From Selaginella moellendorffii (taxonomy: Eukaryota; Plantae; Lycopodiophyta), in assembly GCF_000143415.4 (NCBI RefSeq), contig NW_003314270.1:532527-596526 (forward strand): a stretch of 64,000 nt of DNA. Reading direction: 5' to 3'. Made by a program: the position numbers and the translations under genes. The notes beneath the pieces were generated by a model. That model made no database searches and was not told the DNA's origin. It saw only the letters and a program-made list of their open reading frames with translations. Positions 38,741 to 51,200 of the stretch are shown here, one piece after another; positions within the stretch are counted from its first letter, which is position 1; every line of letters begins with the position of its first letter.

Positions 38741-40776
38741 TGGCTTGCACTTGCTAGTATCAAGAACCCCCGCGATATTGAGATTGGTCCCTCAACATCG
38801 CTACATGATAGCTTACCGTGTCTGCCAAACACCCTCGCTATCATGCCCTTTGTGTTAGTCTCATTTTGGTCCCAAATGCTATTTATGGAAAGTGTCCAGA
38901 TTTGCTCATTTGGCATATCTACGGAATGTAGAGATTGGCCTGAACACAATGGTGTTTGTCCCGTGTCCAAATTCGCAATCTAAGGACATTCCATATTTAG
39001 TAAGTTTCGAGCTTGTCCCAGAGACTAACTCTTGATACTAAGGGAGGCTTGGGGTGAAAGCCCAAAGCGTGTGTTCCTCAAGGGGGGGGGGCTATGGGGG
39101 GTTCCAAATGTATAGTAGGGATAGTGGGTAGGTCGGGCATGGCCGACCAACCTGAGGCATAGTCTAGCTCCCGCTTGCGTGCCTGTCCTTGTTCTGCGTC
39201 CGGCTTGGGTCTAAGCCCAAGTTCCATTCCATGCTAGTTGGTGGAGTACCCATATCCTCGCGTTAGGCCACCGGTATGCCGAAATAGCGCCAGACTCCGT
39301 TTGGCTCCGTTTTGCGTGCTGGTCCTGGCATTGGGATGCTGGTTGCTCTAGGACTGTTCCAAGTCGCTCCGGGCCCCTGTCCCTTCACTCCTTGGGCTAT
39401 ATGCTCGGGAGTTGCTCCGTGGTCCGGTTCCATCACTCCTTGGCGTCACGCTTGGGAGTTTGGCACCGTTCCTTCGTTCAGTGGCCCAAGGCCCTGAACC
39501 TCGGGTTACTATGGACACGTGGCACGGACACGTGGTATGTGACACGTGGCATTTGTCACGTGGCACAAAGAGGGTTTAGGTTCCGCTTCGTGGTGTTATC
39601 CTATGGTAAATCACCATAGGATAAAGGGTCAAAACCACGTGCGCTACATTTGGTATCAGAGGATGAGTCTCAGCGAGTACTATTCAATGAGATTGGGCAA
39701 CTAGTCTTGTTGCATACGCAGAGATGAAAACGATGATCCGAGTGGGTACACGTTTGGGTGCAAAGGCTTCGCAATTGGTTCCTTGGGTATGGATATTGTT
39801 ACCTTGTTGTACCTTATGATGTGAGCTTGCGCTTGGGCTCATAGGATGGTTTGGAGATGTTCCGTTTGCACGAGTTTGAGCTTGAGCTCGTGAGTGAGGC
39901 ACATTAGCAACTTGAGGTTACACTTTGAGTTGGCAGGATTAATGTAAGCCTATCGATGGTTCCAGTGGTTCTGTAAGTTGTTCCATGTACCGTGAGTGAA
40001 AGCAAACCTCCCTGGGTTTGCTATGAGTGGCAAATAGGCTGGTCCGTAGCTGTTTAGCACGGCACTAGTGGATCCTTCCTGGGTATGATTATAAGTGGAT
40101 CAATCAAGACTGTAGGGAATAGTCTATTGGTTCAAGTAATCATTGCCGTGCTCTCTCATAAACTTTTCTTGGGTTGAACTGAAGGCAGTGCGAAAGCAAG
40201 CTTGAGGTTTGGTCAAAGATGAGACCGAAAAGAGAGTCATCGGGGACGGAGGATCAAATACGTAAATCATTTTCTCTTCTTGGAGAAATGATTTGCAACG
40301 AGGTGTTAACTCATTGCTTGTGTTCACATTATGCAATCAAGAGTCCCTACCTTGATGCATGTTGGAAGTGATGGTCTTACAAGTGGTGAGTTATGGGATG
40401 GATAGTGGTGAAACACTAAACCATTTTTGTCTAGACTCGCTATTGGAAGACTTGGGTTGCAATGCTCAATTCTTTTCTGGGGAACCTTGCTATTGCTCCT
40501 TGAGTAGCTTGGTGTTGGATTAGTGTTGAGTTTGGTCGGAAAGAGAGTGGCATGAGCTTGTCCGTGTTGTGAACAAAAGTTAGTGGTGTTGGGTGTTGTA
40601 AATCTCTATCGGTGGAGTGTGGCATTTATGTTGCATTTTGTCGAATCGAGTTGGCATTTGATACTCACATAAACGTTTGAAGTAATGACATAAGCCTTGC
40701 TCATTGCGTTACTCAATTGATGATCAAGACATTGTGATTTATATCATATCCATGTGATAATGAGCAATGTGTTTAC

Positions 40777-43700
40777 TGTAAGCGACTAAATTTTCCATTC
40801 TACTTTAGTCACTTAACCACACCTCCGACCACTTGGAGGAGTCTCATTCACAACCTCCATCAGTCCAATTCAGGACTTGGGACTTGCTAGCCCCAAGAAT
40901 GGCATCCATGCCACTCCACACTTGCACCTGGTCTAAGTGCTCCACGTGTCCGGTCTTGAGACCGACACCCAAAGGTACCACTGACATCTCGGCCCGTTAC
41001 GCTAAGGCCATGCCCATTCACCTTTGCTGCACTAGTGGTTCAACACCACTTGCATCACCACCTCGTCTCTCCAAGACTGGGCCATGTGTCCACGAGTGGT
41101 CATCCTAGATCCACTCCTTAGCATCCTTAGGATGCCCACAGACCTGGGGAATTGCCTTCCCCAAAGTCCCTTTGTCAGTTCCTACCAAGTCCCTTTCTGC
41201 CCCTGGCCGTGTTTGCCAACACTGCCACTGGATCGAGGCCCACAGGCCCGACCACTAAGTCCCACGGTCCTCTGGGACTTCCTCACCACATGACTGTGTC
41301 CTTGGTCACTACCCCAGAGGACTGCTCCTCTTCCTTTCCCCAGTCTGGGCCTTTGGGACAACATTTCGGAACACCGTGGCCTTACGCGAGCCACCTGGGT
41401 ACTCTCCCCACCTATCGCCTTTAGGTGCTCTAGCCATGGGCTTAGAGCGGGTTCCGTTGAGCCACGCCTGGTATCCAAGTAGGTAGTGCCACCCACACTT
41501 GGACTGGGAGCATCGGCCAGTCGATCTCCCGGGGGAACTAGAGCCGGCTCTTGAACACTTCACCAAGCTACCCCGCTTGTCGGTCTGTGTTCACTCTAGT
41601 CTTGGACTTCCCAGTGGGCAGCTCATCACCCAACACTGGGTCTGGCCTTCCTGGGCCAAACTGGCCTTTCCTGGCCAAACTGGCTCCACTACAGTCCTCC
41701 CCCTTACTATACTTTTGGGGCTCACCAAACCCCCCAGGGTCTGGGAGACGAACGCTTTGGGCTTTCACCCTCTCAGGCTCCGGACTCGGACTCGGACTCG
41801 GACTCGGACTCGGACTCAGATTCGGACTCGGACTCGGGCTCGGGCTCGGTCTCGGCCTCGGCCTCGGTCTCGGTCTCGGTCCCGATCTCGGTCTCGGTCT
41901 TGGTCTCGGTCCCGGTCTCGGTCCCGGTCTCGGTCTCGACTTCGGACTCCATCTCGGACTCCATCTCGGACTCCATCTCGGACTCCATCTCGGGTCCATC
42001 TCGGGTCCATCTCGGACTCCATCTCGGGTCCATCTCGGACTCCATCTCGGACTCCATCTCGGACTCCATCTCGGGTCCATCTCGGACTCCATCTCGGCGT
42101 CCATCTCGGGTCCATCTCGGACTCCATCTCGGACTCCATTTCAGGTCCATCTCGGGTCCACCTCGGACTCCATCTCGGACTCCACTTCGGACTCCAACTC
42201 GAGTCCATCTCGGACTCCACTTCGGACTCCAACTCGAGTCCATCTCGGACACTCCCACGTGTCATGTGTTGGTCCTTTTGGGTCCCTTTTTGGAGCCTCG
42301 CCTTTTGCTCGCTTCGTGCTCGTTCCTCGAGCACTTCGTTGGGAGTTCCACTCCCGCTCTTGACTTTTCAAGTCGGAGCTCTTGGTCCAAACGTGTTACG
42401 CTCGTTTGGCTCTCGCTTCGGCCACTACCATGTGGCGCCCTTCCGGCTCCACTTTGGGGCCTAGGGATTTTGTGTCTCACAACTCCACCACCCATAGACG
42501 AAGTTCGATGTCCTCATCGAACGGTAAACCATTTTATAAAGTAACACTCACATGTGTTACCATTTCCATCCTTGGCCCCTAGCCAATATTTGTCAATGGT
42601 TTGACATTGAAGGCTCACCATGCCTTCTCCATATTCGTCAATGGTTCGACACCAAAGGCTCACCATGCCTTGCCCATCCTCTAAGGAGGATAGTCTCTCC
42701 AGCTTAGAGACTCACTTGACCACCTGGGGTGGTTTGCTCCTTTTTATTGGTTCAGTTCTCGCTAAACCCGTTAGAGACCCTTCTCTAAGTCAGTCCCACT
42801 ACTCCTTCTCGAGTAGTCTCGATTTCCATCGATATAACCTTTGCACTTTGGGAACTTTGAATTTTGACTTCTTGGAGTCAATTTCCTAGGTGTCTCCGAC
42901 ACCTTGCCTTGCACCTTTTGTGCAACTCCACTTCCCATCCTAGGAAGTTCTCTACTCGAGGGCACCATCATCCTCTCTTTTATTTCGTGCCAAAGTTCCA
43001 GTTATCATACTTTGTGCTAGGGCTGTTCATGGCCCTATCATTTGGCTACCTTACCGCTCCCTCCCTTGGAGCTTCCACTTTCACCAAATCGGAGCATTTC
43101 GGAATCCCTCCTTGGAAACACACTTCCTTTCCCGCAACTTGTTAGCGTCCAACACATTAGTGTTCCTCGCCTAACTTTGTCACTTGGATTCCTTCCAAAG
43201 GATTCCACGGCCCTATCTTGGCCACTCATCTTTTGCTCCTATCCGTTGATTGTTGCACCAAGCAACATCGAATCTCTACCTCCCTCCTTGAGGTATTGTT
43301 TCGGTTCCATAGCAAAGACTCTTCTTTGCCAAGTCCGGAGGACGTTCACCCCTAGTACGTCTCTTTAGCATCTTCTGCTATGGGCTCTATCCACGGCCCA
43401 ACTTCGTGACCCTCCCATGGGTCTTTTATAGAGACTACTTTCCTCGGACTCACTATGCCATCGCACGGACATAGTTTATTTCCCTTAGGTGCTCTTCCCA
43501 CTTGGTTATCACGACCAAGCCACACCACCTTAAACAGTTCAATTTCAACATTTTGAACTAGGAACTTCATTCCTTAGCCAACCAAGGACCTTGTCCTTTT
43601 CTGGCCATAAGATCACCTAGTGATCTCACCTTGGCACCTTAACAGAGTTGCCAAGAGGTACTTGGTTTTCTAGACCTCCAAGTTGTTGACTATAACCCCG

Positions 43701-46700
43701 GGGGCATCCCCCACACTTGGCGGTGCACCCAAGCTAGCCCTTATGGCCAAGGGTTCATAGCAACTGAGATTAGGTGTCCCCATCTCACTCACCACGACCT
43801 TGGTGCCACTTGCACCAAAGTGTTCAAGTTAGATATGCTGAGCTTTCACACTAAGCAATCTAACCGTGCATCACGACTCCGAGGCATCCCTCGCTTGGCG
43901 GTGTGCCCAAACCAGTCTCCCCACTGAGAGTCCATGACCACCGAAATATGAGTGTCCTCATATTCCAAACCATCACCACGCCCTAGTGATTTGGGACTCG
44001 AACCCAAGCACTAGAGGGTCGGGACTCGAACCCAACCTCCGTATATGCATCTACGGACGGCATCACCCTAGATGCCTGGCGTGACTCCCCACGCCGGTGC
44101 ACCAACTTATTTTTAAAGCGCGCTACAGATCACAGCTTAGGAACCTAGTTCCTCCACACTGCCAAGTCCTCTCACTTGACATGTCTGTGATCATGCATGG
44201 ACTCCTCCATGCTCGGCCCCATGGCCCACCCTTTTTGAAGTTATCACCTTCAACTAGGGTCTTTGTTCCCCCGACGTGCCAATCTCACTTGGCAAGTCCT
44301 CCGACCATTGTAACATGGTTCCTGCATAAGCGTGAAAGTCCTTGACCATCGACTTTCGTTCAAAGCCCTCTCTTTGAACACTCGGGAACTACTTCCCTAA
44401 CCTTGATAACCTTGCCTCATGGCAAGCTTCAAGACCACGCTTCTGCTGCGCCACTCTGATTTCGCGCGTTCCATGAACCATTTACACTTGGCCTTTCTAG
44501 GTACTACGCTACCTAGAATCGTCTTTGGGAACCTTGAAGGAACTCTGTCCCTCAACTTGCTAAAGCCTCCCCTTTCGCAAGCTTTATAGTTGCCATATAG
44601 TCTAACATGGACAATTCCATATTTTAGACTCTCCATGGCATCACGGTTGCTAGCAACAACATCCTCGAGCACCCTCTTGCTTCTCCACTCCCAACTTTCA
44701 TAACCACTGTTGGATATGTCCTTTGATTTCTATGGTTCAGTTCCATCCCAATACTACTTGCCTTTGGCTTCACACCTTTCCTTCGGTCATTCTCCTCCAG
44801 ACCAGGAGGATAGCTTTGCACTTTCTGTCATGCCTTAGCAAGTATTCTTAGGGATGAACCTACCCAATAGCCCAGGGAGTGGTTCCTCAATCCGGGTATG
44901 CTCACCTTATAATCCCACACACTGGGATTACATTTGTTGCTTATGGGCCTTTACATGCCCATCACTAGCCTTGCAAAATTCCATTTTTGGCTTTGTCCAA
45001 CTTGGGTAGACAGTCCTCTCCTGTCTCCGCAACCTTGGACATTTGGATAGCACCTTCTATCCATCATTCGCTAGGGACTTAGTCCCTTGGGCTTTATCCA
45101 TTGCCCTCGCGATATCAAACACCACCTTCTGGTGTTCTAGAGTGTTCGGGTGTCCCAATGATGGCTTTCTTGACAATGAGTATTTCCTTTTATGACATTG
45201 ACTTACTATATCGCAACATAAGAAACTTATCCCCCGTAAGGGTATATCCGACTTCCCTATACTAGAAGTCTTGGGTAGCTACCTTCTACCCGTTTAATCA
45301 GTTATTTTGCACCTCTTGCTTAGTTGCCTCATAGTTGTCAAGTCCTACAACTCATTGCTTGGTGCTTTCACACCTCCATCACTATCTGGGTCACCACACT
45401 CCAACTGCATGCTCTGCAGCTTAGGCTATGCCATTCCCATTTCCATTGGGATTCCTTTGGCAAGGGGTTCTCATGAACCCACCAACATAGCCTCAAGGTA
45501 TCACACCTTGGCACATTTGGTGTCTCCACACCATCGGCTCCACGAGCCTACCTCTATGACATTTCCCTTCGTGTCTAAGTCTTCGCCAAGACCAACACCG
45601 CTCTTTCTCATGCCAACCATCTGTTAGCACTGCCCCATAGAGGTCACACACAACTTTATGTCAAAGTTGTTTTCTTCTGGGAACACCTTTCCCATAACTT
45701 TAGCATGGCACATTGCCATCGATGAGATACTCTCTGTTCTCATCCTTGGATCCTATGATCCCCCCCCATCCTTTGTGGGGTACAATGCACCTCAGTCCAA
45801 ATGCTTCTATCAGTCCTTTTAGGACCATCCCTTGACTCTACTTGAGTCGTCTAGCAGTTTTGGACTTGGTTAATCCACCGACCCGTAAGGTCCTACTTGT
45901 GAGGCACTAGCTCACTGGAATACACATCTTGCATTCCGGTCCTACTCAAAAGGACTATTTTCACAAGTGTTACTCCGACACTTGATTTTGTTCTCTGGGG
46001 GCAACCTTTGCCCCTTAGGACTACTTGTCCATGTGATGAGAATACCAACTCATCCACTTAATACACCCCCAACTCCTTGGGTTGTTCCAGCATTTATTAG
46101 AGGTAGCCCCGGCTACCATTTCAAGGACTTGAGTCCTCTTCCGTATTTGACCTTCCACGGTCATTACCTTTGGTCTCACATTCATGAGCACCAACCTCAA
46201 CTATATGAGGATAATCTTGTGACTCCTTTATTATTTTGGAGTCTCTATCTTTCCCGTGATCCCAACTTTAGTTGTTTACCACAACAACCTTAGCCAATTT
46301 GCTGAGACAAATGCTTATCCGGATCACATCCTCAACTCAATGAGGAAAACCTTGCACTGTTCCCAAGATCCCAAAGTCGTTCCATTATTGGCCCTTTTCT
46401 ATCCACCACCTCGTCTACAAGTTCACACATGAACTGTAATAGAGAGCCATGTCTTCCCGACTTGCTACTCCTCAAGGATAGGCCCACTCCTCGGACCTTC
46501 CGATGCCAACACTAGTGGTGATATACTTGAGCACCAATAAAAGTCGGACTAAGGAACAGCTCCGATACCAAATTGTAAGCGACTAAATTTTCCATTCTAC
46601 TTTAGTCACTTAACCACACCTCCGACCACTTGGAGGAGTCTCATTCACAACCTCCATCAGTCCAATTCAGGACTTGGGACTTGCTAGCCCCAAGAATGGC

Positions 46701-48256
46701 ATCCATGCCACTCCACACTTGCACCTGGTCTAAGTGCTCCACGTGTCCGGTCCTGAGACCGACACCCAAAGGTACCACTGACATCTCGGCCCGTTACGCT
46801 AAGGCCATGCCCATTCACCTTTGCTGCACTAGTGGTTCAACACCACTTGCATCACCACCTCGTCTCTCCAAGACTGGGCCATGTGTCCACGAGTGGTCAT
46901 CCTAGATCCACTCCTTAGCATCCTTAGGATGCCCACAGACCTGGGGAGTTGCCTTCCCCAAAGTCCCTTTGTCAGTTCCTACCAAGTCCCTTTCTGCCCT
47001 TGGCCGTGTTTGCCAACACTGCCACTGGATCGAGGCCCACAGGCCCGACCACTAAGTCCCACGGTCCTCTGGGACTTCCTCACCACATGACTGTGTCCTT
47101 GGTCACTACCCCAGAGGACTACTCCTCTTCCTTTCCACAGTCTGGGCCTTTGGGACAACATTTCGGAACACCGTGGCCTTACGCGAGCCACCTGGGTACT
47201 CTCCCCACCTATCGCCTTTAGGTGCTCTAGCCATGGGCTTAGAGCGGGTTCCGTTGAGCCACGCCTGGTATCCAAGTAGGTAGTGCCACCCACACTTGGA
47301 CTGGGAGCATCGGCCAGTCGATCTCCCGGGGGAACTAGAGCCGGCTCTTGAACACTTCACCAAGCTACCCCGCTTGTCGGTCTGTGTTCACTCTAGTCTT
47401 GGACTTCCCAGTGGGCAGCTCATCACCCAACACTGGGTCTGGCCTTCCTGGGCCAAACTGGCCTTTCCTGGCCAAACTGGCTCCACTGCAGTCCTCCCCC
47501 TTACTATACTTTTGGGGCTCACCAAACCCCCCAGGGTCTGGGAGACGAACGCTTTGGGCTTTCACCCTCTCAGGCTCCGGACTCGGACTCGGACTCGGAC
47601 TCGGACTCGGACTCAGATTCGGACTCGGACTCGGGCTCGGGCTCGGTCTCGGCCTCGGCCTCGGTCTCGGTCTCGGTCCCGATCTCGGTCTCGGTCTTGG
47701 TCTCGGTCCCGGTCTCGGTCCCGGTCTCGGTCTCGACTTCGGACTCCATCTCGGACTCCATCTCGGACTCCATCTCGGACTCCATCTCGGGTCCATCTCG
47801 GACTCCATCTCGGCGTCCATCTCGGACTCCATCTCGGACTCCATCTCGGACTCCATTTCGGGTCCATCTCGGGTCCACCTCGGACTCCATCTCGGCGTCC
47901 ATCTCGGGTCCATCTCGGACTCCACTTCAGACTCCAACTCGAGTCCATCTCGGACTCCACTTCGGACTCCAACTCGAGTCCATCTCGGACTCCACTTCGG
48001 ACTCCAACTCGAGTCCATCTCGGACACTCCCACGTGTCATGTGTTGGTCCTTTTGGGTCCCTTTTTGGAGCCTCGCCTTTTGCTCGCTTCGTGCTCGTTC
48101 CTCGAGCACTTCGTTGGGAGTTCCACTCCCGCTCTTGACTTTTCAAGTCGGAGCTCTTGGTCCAAACGTGTTACGCTCGTTTGGCTCTCGCTTCGGCCAC
48201 TACCATGTGGCGCCCTTCCGGCTCCACTTTGGGGCCTAGGGATTTTGTGTCTCACA
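40777..48256 (-). mobile_element. Family B copy B2 nested in A4; LTRs 40777-42481 and 46574-48256
   Basis: TSD TTTAC at 40772-40776 and 48257-48261; reverse-complement PBS at 46559-46570; internal region closely similar to B1. Confidence 0.95.
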
Positions 48257-51200
48257 TTTACGAAGTTGCTTGGGTAAATGATGATCAACCCCAAAGTGGT
48301 TGATGGAGAAGCTAGTCTACTTGCACAAAGTAGCATTGTAGTAGCTTTGACTGGATTCTCGCTGGTGGTCCATTATGCTAAGCTTATGTTGGTACCTTGT
48401 TTCCTTGAGGGTTTGCCCATAAGGTGTTGGGAATGGGTTGTAGCATTCATTTGCTATAGCTCATCTGTTGATCCGTTAGCACTTGGAGTAGATTATTGGA
48501 TGGAGAAGGTGTGAGGTTGATGCATTGACATCGCTAGCACTTGTGTTAGTGGAAGTGGCATTGTTGATTCGAGTGATGAGGAATTTTCCTTAGAGCTTGA
48601 TTTTCCATGTCATTTTTCTTGTTAGTGTTTTGGCTTCACATTGGATCTTGAAGGTGATTGAAGAAGAGTGTTAGTGCAATATGGATATCCGAAGATGTGG
48701 TCTTCGTGATCAAGCCTTGGATGTTCATTTTGCACTTTGCGGATGTCGGTGTTGGATATTGGAAAAATGGGCAAAGATGTTCGATGCTTAAGCATATTGA
48801 TGGATCATGAGAATTTGTGTTGAGGTGAACCTATGTGAAGTTGTAGGTAGGAGGAAGTTGGTTGAGTCTTGAAAGTTTGCAATCCTGGACTGAGAGTCAT
48901 TCTTTCTCTAGGATGGGAAATTTTCCACAAATTTTCTTAGACTTCTCCAATGGCTGATCTGTTGGTCACTTTGCTCGAAAACCATTCCGTTTTCGTAAGC
49001 CAGTACAAACTAGTGAAGGGGTTGGAGTTGACTTCGGTTGGCTTAGATCTTAGTAGGTAGTTTGTAAGATGCGACCCGAAAGGGATGCTAACTTTTGGGG
49101 CTAGAGCAATTGAGTTGGATAGAGTCTGGAGTTGGTGTAGAAAAGTGGCTGTTGTGCTTTTCTAAGAAAGGTGACCCTTGTGCCTTTCTTTTGTAGCATT
49201 GTGCTTGGTGGCAGTTTGCACCTTGCATTACGTTAGACTCTATGAGAGTAGTGAGCTCTCACTGATCTTGACTTGGTCTTGGTGGCTGCACCTTGGCTGA
49301 GGATGGTGATGTCCAACTTAGTTGTTTGAGGTTAAGATGTTGGTACCTGTACTATAGCTTTGTCTATGAGGAGGTTGTGTACCGATATGAGTTCATCTCA
49401 TGGTCTTCACTTTCGTTTCGGCTGAGTGTTGATCATGCATAGCTAGCCTCTTCAAGACATGCTCAGAGCTAGTGGCTAAATGTTTGAGTGAGCTTATTGC
49501 GGTTGAGTTGGATTCGGGTGGTCATTTAGTTTGTGCTTGTCTATGAACTTTTATCTCGTACCTGGGGTATTATGTTCATGTTGGACAAGTATGTGACTTG
49601 ATGATATGAGTTGGTGTTTGGGTCTTGTGAACGTAAGTTGAAGAGTGATTGTTAGTTGCTTTGCGACTAGTGATTACTTGTAGACTTCATCAAAGACAGT
49701 TGACACTTGCTTTGCTCGATGATGATTTAGCAGTGATGGGCTTGCTTTACCGGATGGTGTTGCGGAGGATCGTGTCGTTAGACTTGCATAGGTTTTCTAT
49801 GTTAGTATATCGATTCTATCTCTGTCGATATCATTTGGTTACGTTTAGTCTGTGGTGTTGGATTTCATTGAGTCTTGGATGTGGTGATTCACTCTTTGAT
49901 GAAATGTTATCTGTAACTGAGTATTGCTGAAGGATTGGTCTCGGATACTAAGTAAAGTATCTTTGACCTGATTAGCTTAGTTGCTAGGAAGTTTTGAGTG
50001 GTGATTCACTTGTGCTTTCTTCTAGCTTTGTTATGGTGTTAATGGCATTGAAGTGATGCCTTATCGTTGATATTATTGATGTTGAGATTTGAGTGAAATG
50101 AGATGTCTCTCCGCAAGATTGATGTCGAGTTTCGTTAGTCTTGATGAAGATAGTGTTGATGATTTGGCTGTAGCTTTGTGTTGTTGGCATTCGTGCAATT
50201 GCTAATTAGCAACTGCATTGACGTTCAAATGAACTGAGTGGCAAGTTTGGGTTAGTTGTGTTCTAGACGAGATTGCTTAGTTGAGGTTGAGCTTTAGCTT
50301 TTCCTTGAAAAGTGATTTAGTCGTGGACAATGCTACCTTTAAGAGAGGAAGAATTAGTGTTCGATATTAAACTATTTGATTCCTTATTGGATTTCAGTTG
50401 GGATATATCGATCATTGATGATTTTTCTTATGCTTGTTATGAGGTGAGTTACGTCTTGCTGTAGATGGATTCATGGAGGATCGTTTGGTGATCACTTGTT
50501 GAGCATAACTTTGCTATGCTTAGCTTTTGGATTGATGCAGAAATGCTCTTCATTAGCTTTGCATTATGAAGTTTGGCTTATGGATATGTTGAGGAGGATA
50601 TTGTGGGTTGCACCATGATTTCTTCTTTAACATTAAAGTTGGTTCATGCAAGACTTGTGATTATTGTTAGACAAGATATGGCTATAGGCTTCTTCGAGCT
50701 TTTGGTTCTTTGAGTTTTATGCTCATTGTTCCATTTGTTAGAAGTTGTTGGGGAAGGCATTTTTGGCTCATTAGCTTCGATGTTGAAGTTGGCTTTTGCA
50801 TTTAGCAATCATTGGTGATGATTGACTATCATCTAGGAAAGTTGATTATCCTTGTCGAAGGTTTTGCTTGATTATCGTTGACCTAGAATGATTTGCCATT
50901 CTTCGGGATAGTGGATTCTTTCTTCAATGACGATTATGCATCTCTTTATTGATGGGATGATTGATGATCTTTCATGATGGTTAGTTGTTCTCTTTGATGG
51001 CTTATGGCTTTTTGCAATACCACATGTTGTTTGTGGTTTGCTCTGGATTGGTCTTTTGGGTTTGAGACATCAGTAGGATGTTGCTAACACTTGCTTGAGC
51101 AACTCTGGTTCCTTGGTATTGTTGATTGAGATCTATTCAGATTTGCTAGCGCAATAGTTGATATGAACAAGTGTTTGTTTGCTTTGCAACATTCATTTTG